From: Chrysochromulina tobinii
Taxonomy: Eukaryota
Direction of reading: 5' to 3'
Assembly: GCA_001275005.1 (NCBI GenBank)
Contig: JWZX01003200.1
Location: 1-33,376 of the forward strand
Length of the DNA: 33,376 nt
In this document: one piece after another, positions 21,439-29,791 of the stretch
Numbering within the stretch: the stretch's first letter is position 1
Layout: each line of letters starts with the position of its first letter
Notes under the pieces: generated by a model
What the model saw: the letters and a program-made list of their open reading frames with translations, nothing else
What the model was told of the DNA's origin: nothing
Database searches by the model: none
Translations under genes and position numbers: made by a program

Positions 21439-21796
21439 GACCACCAGGGCACACACGAAGCGACAGCTGCGGCGACTTTCTAACGAACGTCCCGACGACT
21501 CCACAGAGCTCCTCGTGTTTCCTCACCAGAACTTCTGAACGCATGCATGCGCGGTCGACCCGACCCGCGCCGATTCACCGCCACCACCCGGGTCGGTGGG
21601 CTGGGGGACTCACGACCCCCCCCCTTGGCCCCCCGCAGCCGCGCTGAGACGAGCGCGACCATTGAGCGCAACCTACGCCGAGCGACGCGGACACGCGCCC
21701 GGTACAGAACTCGTTTTCCTGCCAATGTTTACAACTGCACACACATACCGGTAGGCACGTTCTATGAGTTGAACGTTTCACACCTCTGCTACTAAA

Positions 21797-22517
21797 ATGG
21801 TCGCAATGTTCGCGCTCTTTGTCGGCGCGGCGGTGGCCTCGTTTGTCGGCCAAGGCCCTGCCCCAAGACTCTCGAGCCGCCGTTCTTTGGTTGTGGCAAG
21901 CGCCAAGATCATCCCCATCGCCAACCTCGGCCTCGGAGCTGCGTTGGTGAGCAAGGCCGCGGGCGCTGCTGGCCCTTCGCGAGTTGTCCTCGCGTCCACA
22001 GGCTTGCTCGCGTGTCTCAATCTGGCCGTTGTCGACAACGCACGATACACTGGCGCGAAGCGTGCCTATAAGAAGATCGAAGGCCTGCCAAAAGACCAGC
22101 TGAATTATTTCGGCCTATTGTCCAAGAAGTGGTACAACTTGGTCCGGTTCCTTACCTTTGGGCAGTGGTTCGGCCTCTGCCTGATGGTGAGAGCGCCAAA
22201 TGCACGCGGCGTGCTGGTTGGTGCCGCCGCGTTCATGGCCGTCAATACCATGTTCTCCACACTCGGCGCGCCGCAGGCGAAGCATGACGGCGATGGCCTC
22301 TATCGCCCCCATCAGCCCGAAGGTGGCCAAGTTTGTGAGGTCAACCGATGCGGTGCTCACGGCAGCTGCTGCACTCGGTGCCGCTGCAGCCGCTGGCACG
22401 GTCGGCCATGCGATCGGCGCGTACATTTTCTCAGCAGGCTGCATGATCGGAGTCCTCGAGGGCGTGCCCAAGACGAGCGCCGGACTCAAACAATTACTAC
22501 GGAGTCGGACACAGTAA
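21797..22517 (+). CDS. Multi-pass membrane protein with signal + transit-like N-terminus (~239 aa after removing a +1 frameshift at ~22301)
   Basis: MVAMFALFVGAAVAS-F then an R/S-rich stretch and several hydrophobic helices. The coding-like frame moves from ORF 21797 to ORF 22200 at GGCCTC-T-ATCGCC. Confidence 0.6.
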
Positions 22518-22730
22518 GTAAAGGATATGCCTCGCCTTATGCGACCAGCGGTCAGGCTCGTCGGCGGCGCCTCTATTCGCGTCCAGCGGGACCTTAGATC
22601 GTTTTTCAGAATGCAACTAAAGCTGAAAAACCTACGGACGACAACACGAGCCCAGCACACACGATGGCACATGGCAAAGGCCGTTAGTTCATTCGGCAAG
22701 CGCGCCACCCAGCACAACGTGACAATCGTC

Positions 22731-23267
22731 TCAGCGCCGGCGCAGAACCCTCGCGGCAAGGAGGCCGAGCGCCACGCCAACGACAACATACACAGCCGGG
22801 TGCACACGCTCCTGTGGCGCTTTCTTCGTCTCATGCTCCCGAGCTGGCGATGGCGCAGGTGCAGGGCGTTCGTAAGCTTGGTAGGCAGGTTTGCCGTGGT
22901 TGACTCCTGCGGGCCTAAACTCCCACAAACTCAGATTGACTTTACATATTTGGTCGGGTATGAAAGGCGTTGCAGCGTCTCCTCCGTATGCCTGCAGGAA
23001 CCCGTCCGTCCCTTCCACGACCTTGAACCCGATCTCGAGCATGCGCTTGAACTGTTGCTCCTCTACAAACGGTGAGCGCCAGCTTCCCACCGGTGCATCG
23101 CTCGGTGTTGGTGCCGCACTCCTCTGATGCATGAAATATTCGTTGTTGCCGATGAAATCGGGAGTCATCCACCAGCCGCTCCACTCCCCTCCATTTCGCT
23201 CATCCCACCAGTAGAGCCACACCTGGCGCTCACGGGCGCCAAACCCGACGTGCTCGATCAGAACCAT
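22731..23267 (-). CDS. Hypothetical tail-anchored protein with Trp-rich domain (5' end uncertain)
   Basis: VWLYWWDERNGGEWSGWW...NHGKPAY and a C-terminal TM VYVVVGVALGLLAA-RVLRRR. A possible acceptor CGCCAG|GTG near 23223 suggests an unseen upstream exon. Confidence 0.6.
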   Translation of the reverse strand: MVLIEHVGFGARERQVWLYWWDERNGGEWSGWWMTPDFIGNNEYFMHQRSAAPTPSDAPVGSWRSPFVEEQQFKRMLEIGFKVVEGTDGFLQAYGGDAATPFIPDQICKVNLSLWEFRPAGVNHGKPAYQAYERPAPAPSPAREHETKKAPQERVHPAVYVVVGVALGLLAARVLRRR

Positions 23268-23439
23268 GCGGAGATTGTGAGAGTTGCGCCATTCACAGCA
23301 ACGCCGCTCGTGAACTGGACCTCTCGTGACGCCGCAATCATTACATGTAACATGGGGCGATTAGAGGAACATCTCCGGTTCCCCCTTACACCCCACTGCC
23401 TCGGCGTTGCCCCTGATGCCAAATTTTGGCGGTCCACGC

Positions 23440-23580
23440 GGTTCACAGCCAGCCCCTCCTTTCTAGTGTGAATGGGGGCTCCCTGCGTGAGGACTGGTGC
23501 CCGCGCCGGGCCGACTCCCCTTTGGGGAAAACGGGGAGGAGTGGTTGACTTGACTTGACTTGACTTGGTTCACAGCGAGC
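23440..23580 (+). mobile_element. ~115-bp insert ending in stem-loop + (GACTT)4, flanked by a 10-14-bp direct repeat; candidate SINE or truncated LINE 3' end
   Basis: GGTTCACAGCCAGC (23440-23453) and GGTTCACAGCGAGC (23567-23580); CTCCCC...GGGGAG stem just before the GACTT x4 tail (23547-23566). Confidence 0.55.
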
Positions 23581-23600
23581 GCGTGCTGCTCGACGAGCTC

Positions 23601-25046
23601 ATGGCGGGCCTGTCTCAAGTCCCGTCGCACCACAACCCGCCATCATGCTCAATCAACCCTCAGGTCTTAGCTGAGCACCCAGCGTCCATGGCGATCATGA
23701 ACCTAACAGACGGCAACATTTCTCGCTGCATCTCGGTCGTGATCCCCAACACTATCGACCACGCCGCACCAGTCCTCTTCGACTTTCATGGTGCCGGCGG
23801 CAACGCCCACAATTACGGGCTCCATGCGGATGCGCAGGGCGTTCAGTGGGTCTCGCTGGCTTCCAAGTTCAAGTTCATCCTGGTCGGAGGCGAGGCCGTT
23901 CAGTGGGGCGGGGCGCCGCCGCCTGGCCCGCCGCCGGTGCCCGCGGATTGCATCCAATGCTTCAAAGATGCGGGCTGCCATGATGGTCGGGAATGCGACG
24001 CGTGCTGCCAGCGCAACATGGGCCCATGCTCGCGCATCTGCGGGCCAGAGCACGTTCCTTTCCCGTCGGCACAGGCGGCCGTGTGCGGTGCGAGTGATGC
24101 GACCGTCGAGCAGCGTCGTCTCATCGCGCCCTCTGCATGGGGCTGGTGGGATCCGGAGTTTGAGCCGGAGCTTGCCCTCGAGCTTGAGCTCGCCGAGGAG
24201 CAGCCGCAGCTCGTTGAGACGGGAGCGATGGAGGAGGCGGCGCACGTCCAGAGGCGACGCCTCCTCGAAACTACAAAGTTGCAACAAGTGGGGGGCCTGC
24301 AGCAGGCTGCGGGGATTGTGCGGCCGGGCCCCTCTCGGCCTTCGGTTCGTCAAGGAGCCGGTGCTCCGCGTCGTCCTATCGGGTCCGTGTCGGTCTCGCA
24401 TCCCCAAAGCCACGTCTGGCATGGGAGGCACGGCCGCCGACCGAATGCTGGCGAGTGGCAGGGCGGCCAATGGCTGATCCCCGAGGTGCAGACGGACGCG
24501 ACGGGCATCCAATGCGACTGGCAGGCGAGCCGTGAGCTGCGCTACATCGAATCTGCCATGGCTCGGCTGAGCGCGCTCGGTGTTGTCAACCGTTCACGCG
24601 TCTTCTTCACAGGGTGCTCGATGGGCTCCGCACTCACGGTGTGGCTTGCACAATGCTACCACGCCCGTTACCCGCAAGCGACGACGGCCTTCGCGTCGCA
24701 GTCGACTGGGCTCAAGGTCAAGGGAGATGGGCTGCGCCTGCCGCCGGACAATTACGATCCACAGTACACGTGGGGCGAATGCCCCACTTGCCAGTACTTC
24801 CCCGCACCGGTAGTGCCGACGTCTGGCCTCAAGGCATGCGTGGTGGATCAGACGGGGGATGGCGATTTCTACAGGTCCTCGCTCGCGCTGCACCAGGCGT
24901 GGGGCGTCGTCGCGGGAATGCCCACCAACATCTCGATCACTGGCGGTGGGCACTGCATGACAGACTCGTTCGAATGGATCGCAAGGTGCCTCGATGATGG
25001 CACCGGGCGGCTGCTGGGAGTGCTGGGGTCGGGCAGATTAAGATGA
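23601..25046 (+). CDS. Alpha/beta-hydrolase esterase (PHB depolymerase/LpqC-like) with Cys-rich insertion (~481 aa)
   Basis: PVLFDFHGAGG oxyanion motif, SRVFFTGCSMGS nucleophile elbow, C-terminal GGGHC. The start and a possible in-frame intron are unresolved. Confidence 0.7.
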   Translation: MAGLSQVPSHHNPPSCSINPQVLAEHPASMAIMNLTDGNISRCISVVIPNTIDHAAPVLFDFHGAGGNAHNYGLHADAQGVQWVSLASKFKFILVGGEAVQWGGAPPPGPPPVPADCIQCFKDAGCHDGRECDACCQRNMGPCSRICGPEHVPFPSAQAAVCGASDATVEQRRLIAPSAWGWWDPEFEPELALELELAEEQPQLVETGAMEEAAHVQRRRLLETTKLQQVGGLQQAAGIVRPGPSRPSVRQGAGAPRRPIGSVSVSHPQSHVWHGRHGRRPNAGEWQGGQWLIPEVQTDATGIQCDWQASRELRYIESAMARLSALGVVNRSRVFFTGCSMGSALTVWLAQCYHARYPQATTAFASQSTGLKVKGDGLRLPPDNYDPQYTWGECPTCQYFPAPVVPTSGLKACVVDQTGDGDFYRSSLALHQAWGVVAGMPTNISITGGGHCMTDSFEWIARCLDDGTGRLLGVLGSGRLR

Positions 25047-25337
25047 GCGCGCATGCAATTGCGAGTGGAAGGTGCATGCACGGTCCGGTGAACGACTGCT
25101 TTCGGTCACGCCCCTCCCCCGGGAATTTATGGAGCACGCAGTTCGGAACCCCTGATATCCCCGTCCACAGGCACGCCTCTACATCGATCCCTGACTTCTG
25201 TGGTAAACTTGACCAGAACTTTGACGAATGCGGTAATGTGTTCCCGGGTACTGTTGTTTCATCGACGCAAGAGATGACGCACAAGCGCGCAACATTTTTC
25301 TCGAAGTCTTGCCACGACGACGCTTTTGCAGGACTTC

Positions 25338-27338
25338 ATGTCTTCGGCCTACTTGCGAGGCGTCACCTGGGCCGAGCAGACGCTCACGCCGCTCGCCGAG
25401 CGTATCATAGCAACGATCGAGGACCCGCCCGAGCAACCGCTCGCGCCAAAGACGCCGGCGCGCGACCTGGAATCGGAGCTCCTGCAGGGCGGCCACAGCA
25501 CGCTACGGAGCTGCGCCGGGAGTGCGACAAGGACCCCAGCGTCTTCATCGGCGCCGGCTGAATTTGTGACGAAGGCGGAGGCGCAGCAGCTCCGTGCCGA
25601 CTGCGATGCCCTCTTGCAGCAGCGCGAGCGGCTCCGTGCGCAGCTGATCGTGGAGCAGGAGCGGCGTGAGCGCGCCGAGGCAGAGCTGGTCGCGGTCGGC
25701 GCGCAGTGGCTGGGCACGGAGACCCAGGATGCGTTGCGCCAGCGCGCCGAGCTCGAGAAGAAGCGCGAGCTGCAGCTCGCGCGCACCGCCATCCAGCGAG
25801 AGGCGGACCAGCGCGTGGCGAAGCTCGAGGCTGAGCGTACGATGCTTCTCGAGAAGCTGGGCGAGAAGGCGCCGAGCGCGGCGCAGCTGCGCATGCAGCT
25901 GCGCGCGGCCCTCCAGCAGGAGCTCGAGCAGGCGCAACGCGAGGCGCGTGAGGCAGTGCGCGCACATCTCAATGCATCCTATGAGGAAAGATCGCGGCTC
26001 CGCACGGCGCTGTCCACGGCGGAAGCGATGCATCGGCTCGAGGTCGAGGCGCTGCGTGCGTCGCTCCGCAAGGCCTCGGAGCTCATGCAGGAGCAATATG
26101 ACAAGGGTTTCGTCATGGGGCTCAAGGAGGCGGCCTCCGCACTCGCGCCCGCGATCGCGCCCACGACGGCTTCCGCCACGTCGGCAGCTCGAGTGGAGCA
26201 TATGCCCACGACGGCGTCCGCCACGTCGGCCGCTCGAGAGGAGCATGCGGCGGCAGCTGCGCCGTCAGCGCCCACGACGGCACCCGTCATGACCTTGACC
26301 ATTGCCCTCGTTGGGTGCATCAACGGGGTTGGGGTTGGCCTGGATGCAAGCAACCTCGTCAACATGCTTGCAGAGGGCTCCCCGGCGGCGGCTTCGGAGC
26401 TTCGGATGGGTGATAAGGTCATTCTTTGGAACGGTGTGGCCATGATTGATCCGGTGTGTGGGCGCCAACGCAAGCTCAAGGAGGTGGTCGTGCGCAGCGA
26501 TACGCACACTCTGGTTGTGGAGCGAGCTGGCGCCGCCGCCCAGTCAGACACAGCGTCTGCCAGCCAGGGGGGGATGGCGGCGGCGGCGGCAGTGGACAAG
26601 GCGGAGTACCGCCGCATGAAGGAAGCGCTCGTCGAGAGGCTTGAGGCGGAGCGTGCTGAGAAGGCTAGGCAGGCGCAGAAGGCTAGGCAGGCTGTGAAGG
26701 CTATGGAGGATGACGAGGGCGCAGGAAAGGCGTTGGAGGATGAGCGCGTGGCTGATCTCGGAGATGATCTCGGAGGAAAGGCGTTGGAGGATGAGCGCGC
26801 GGCTGATCTCGGAGATGATCTCGGAGGAAAGGCGTTGGAGGATGAGCGCGCGGCTGATCTCGGAGATGATCTCGGAGGAAAGGCGTTGGAGGATGAGCGC
26901 GCGGCCGTGTGCGATGAGAAGCGGGCTTGTCAGGGCGCGCACATCGCTATGCCCCCCCCGCCCCCACCCCCCCCAACCCAGGGCGAGCCACCTCCGGGCG
27001 AGGTACGCGCCGTTCCGGGCGAGCACCGCCGTTCCGAACGAGCCGAGGCGCGCAGCAGCAGCAGCAGCAGCAGCAGCAGTTGCCTGGCGAAGGGCATGGT
27101 AGCGCCACCGGAGGTCGATGGGGCAGGCGAGCTCGATCTGGGCGATGAGGCCAGCGAGCTTGCTGAGGAAGATGAAGAGCTCGATCTCGGCGATAATCTC
27201 TGCCCTATACACCAGGGCGAGGCGGAGGCTGAGGCAGCCCCGCCCCCGGTGCCCACTGCACCACCGCAGGGAGCGCTGCTCACCGGCTTAAAGGTGCGGG
27301 CCGCAGGCGCAGCGCCGCAGTCAAGCACCGTGTCGTAG
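25338..27338 (+). CDS. Coiled-coil + PDZ domain protein with repetitive acidic C-terminus (~666 aa)
   Basis: Long E/Q/R/L heptad region; PDZ-like GVGVGLDASNLVNMLAEGSPAAASELRMGDKVILWNG...HTLVVER (~26290-26530). Confidence 0.7.
   Translation: MSSAYLRGVTWAEQTLTPLAERIIATIEDPPEQPLAPKTPARDLESELLQGGHSTLRSCAGSATRTPASSSAPAEFVTKAEAQQLRADCDALLQQRERLRAQLIVEQERRERAEAELVAVGAQWLGTETQDALRQRAELEKKRELQLARTAIQREADQRVAKLEAERTMLLEKLGEKAPSAAQLRMQLRAALQQELEQAQREAREAVRAHLNASYEERSRLRTALSTAEAMHRLEVEALRASLRKASELMQEQYDKGFVMGLKEAASALAPAIAPTTASATSAARVEHMPTTASATSAAREEHAAAAAPSAPTTAPVMTLTIALVGCINGVGVGLDASNLVNMLAEGSPAAASELRMGDKVILWNGVAMIDPVCGRQRKLKEVVVRSDTHTLVVERAGAAAQSDTASASQGGMAAAAAVDKAEYRRMKEALVERLEAERAEKARQAQKARQAVKAMEDDEGAGKALEDERVADLGDDLGGKALEDERAADLGDDLGGKALEDERAADLGDDLGGKALEDERAAVCDEKRACQGAHIAMPPPPPPPPTQGEPPPGEVRAVPGEHRRSERAEARSSSSSSSSSCLAKGMVAPPEVDGAGELDLGDEASELAEEDEELDLGDNLCPIHQGEAEAEAAPPPVPTAPPQGALLTGLKVRAAGAAPQSSTVS
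26160..26247 (+). repeat. 45-bp coding tandem duplication (PTTASATSAARxEH x2)
   Basis: Two near-identical units read directly from the sequence. Confidence 0.85.
26724..26905 (+). repeat. 51-bp coding minisatellite x3.6 (GKALEDERAADLGDDLG)
   Basis: Units start at 26724, 26775, 26826 and 26877; one substitution (V/A) in unit 1. Confidence 0.95.
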
Positions 27339-27896
27339 GCCCGGCCGAATCGTACGGGCGCCGTGTTCCGAGGTTCTCGTTTATCGACACACGCCACGCT
27401 CGCCGCACGCTCGCCAGTGTCCAGAGTCCCGGGTGACCCACGTCGGCCACGAGCACGACCCAAAGCGCGAAGCAAGTGTGACGTCGCTCGTCATCGCGGA
27501 TAACATTTTTCGCAATAAACGCACGTTCGACCGAAGTTTAACGTGTGACGCGACGAGCCCAGTGTCGTGTCTAGCTCGTAGCTCTAGCTGCGCGTCGGTG
27601 TGCTTACTAACGGATATACGGTATCTAGCCTGTACCGGGCGTCTAAAGACGAGGTGGGTCAACTTCGCGCGCCGCCTCGCCTTCGCTTGTATCGTGGCCT
27701 AACGCGCGCCTGTGCGCCGTGCACGCGTTCCTAACATACCTCCGGTTCCCGGGGCACCCCTTGCGGTACCGCCGGTCCCGATCCTATCAAAAGACATGCA
27801 TTCGATAATTGTCGGCGCTGATAGATCGACCGCTCTGAGTGCAGCCGCACCAGCTCACTCGCCCACGGCCTTTTGCCTCACTTGCGTCCTCGGTCT

Positions 27897-29090
27897 TCAC
27901 TTGTCCAGCACGCCGCATGCCGTGATGGTGACCGGCTTGCTGGGCTTCCCCGCCGAATCGCCGAGCGCCTCGATGCGCTTGACAATCTCCATCCCCGAGG
28001 TCACCTCGCCGAAGACGACGTGCTTGCCGTCCAACCAGGGCGTCTCCGCCACCGTGATGAAGAATTGGGAGCCGTTTGTATCGGGACCCGAGTTCGCCAT
28101 CGAAAGCAGCCCTGCCTTCTCGTGCTTGATGCCAAAGTTCTCGTCAGCAAAGGTGCGCCCATAGATGGACTCGCCGCCTGTCCCATCCGCGTTGGTGAAG
28201 TCGCCGCCCTGCAGCATGAAGCCCGGGATGATGCGGTGGAAGGTGCTCCCAGCGAGCTTGAGCGGCTTGCCCGCCTTGCCGACTCCCTTCTCGCCCGTGC
28301 ACAGCGCGCGAAAGTTGTCCGCCGTCCTGGGCACCTGGTTGCCGTGCAGCCCGAGCTCCATCAAGGGCAATCAAGGATAATCCAGGGAGATCCAGGGAGA
28401 TCGCACCTGGTTGCCGTACAGCCCGAGCTCCATCAAGGGCAATCAAGGATAATCCAGGGAGATCCAGGGAGATCGCACCTGGTTGCCGTACAGCCCGAGC
28501 TCCATCAAGGGCAATCAAGGATAATCCAGGGAGATCCAGGGAGATCGCACCTGGTTGCCGTACAGCCCGAGCTCGACCCGTCCGGCCGCCTCGCCGTCGA
28601 TCGCGAGGTCCAAGTACGTCCTGACGGTGACGGTGGTGTCGGGCGGCGTGTACTGGGAGCGCAGCAGGTACTCCCAGCGCCCAAAGTCCTTTTTGACCAG
28701 CTCAAGCACCACGCATCGCCCTTTCTCCTCCACGTTGTCAATCTCCCAGAATGCCTCCTCGGAGAGCACGCGGCCCCAGAGCGCCTCGCCGTCGATCGGC
28801 AGCGCAGCACCCTTGACGCCCAGCGTCAGCACGCCGCGCGCAAGGCTAAATACCACGTCCTTTGAGTCCACGTCGGACGCGATCGGCATCGTCACAATGC
28901 ACTTGTCGTCCTTGTCGTCGTAGGAGAACGATGGTGGCGCAGCCGCTGCGCCGCCGCTCAATGCGAGCACCGCCGCTCGATGACGGGTGGACACCGCCGA
29001 CAATCGAGTGGCTGACAAAGAGCGATGCGTCAGCAGTGCCGCGCTGACCGACTGCAGAAGGAGCAGGCCGACGAGCGACGACGTCATCAT
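27897..29090 (-). CDS. CS (p23/NudC-like) domain + cyclophilin peptidyl-prolyl isomerase with signal + transit-like N-terminus (~325 aa; exons 29090-28551, 28334-27897)
   Basis: [20 protein letters not shown]-like LTLGVKG...[18 protein letters not shown]...VVLELVKK...WEYL; cyclophilin [61 protein letters not shown]. Confidence 0.92.
28335..28550 (-). other. 216-nt intron consisting of three 72-nt tandem units, each GT...CAG
   Basis: Unit = 48 nt (GTGCGATCTCCCTGGATCTCCCTGGATTATCCTTGATTGCCCTTGATG) + 24-nt copy of the upstream exon end (GAGCTCGGGCTGTACGGCAACCAG). Each unit has an in-frame TGA. Confidence 0.9.
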
Positions 29091-29502
29091 GAGCCAAATC
29101 AAGTTGGAAGACGACGCGTGTACCCGGTAAAAAGACACCCGCGGGGGGAGCCGGGACACACACGGGACACGCAGACGCACAAAGGCACACGGACCGCACA
29201 GACGAACCTCACAACCATCCAAACCCACCAACAACGCGCAACCCTCACGTCCGCGCGACGAACGAGGCCGCGGCCGACTCAAGAGCCGCAGGCCCGGAGT
29301 CGACCGCCCCCCGCGGCCGACTCAGAAGAGGCCACCCCCAGCGAACCCGACCCTGCCTCCACCCGCACCCAGAGCGCCTCCCCGCGCCTGCTACCGTTCA
29401 CGAACGCACAAGACAAATACACCAGGAAAAAAGCAGGGACCTGCGGTATATGTCGGACCGGTGCCGGTCTTGATCGTGTTCTCCCCTCCGTTTTTCCCGG
29501 TG

Positions 29503-29679
29503 TGGGGAAGAAGTCAAGTCAAGTCTATACATAAACAACAGACAACCATACGGAAGCCTATCGAATGTGCTCCGGAAGCCAGCAGGGGAGGACGGGAGTC
29601 GATGGAGATGGCGGAGGGAGATCCATCTAGAGGTGACACGTCATAAATTTGACTTGACTTGACTTGACTTGGGGAAGAA
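29503..29679. mobile_element. ~160-bp insert with inverted (AAGTC)3/(GACTT)4 ends and flanking direct repeat; MITE-like or double-tailed retroposon fragment
   Basis: (AAGTC)3 at 29511-29525 and (GACTT)4 at 29651-29670. GGGGAAG abuts both ends (29504-29510, 29671-29677), extendable to TGGGGAAGAA with overlap. Confidence 0.55.
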
Positions 29680-29791
29680 CGCGGTCGTTATCGGGTCTGC
29701 AACGCAAAACGGTATTTCAGCGGGCGAGAGACCGTCACGCAAAAAGCACGCACCTCTCTGTGCATCAACACGGGCGCGCCGGCTTCCGACG

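Noticed and set aside
26724..26905. 51-bp repeats as CRISPR or mobile element
   Set aside because: In-frame coding minisatellite with no unique spacers.
28335..28574. Regularly spaced repeats resembling a CRISPR array
   Set aside because: The 'spacers' are identical, the array is an intron of a eukaryotic gene, and no cas genes are present.
27873..28865. 330-aa plus-strand ORF with repeats
   Set aside because: Antisense shadow of the cyclophilin gene and its repeat intron.
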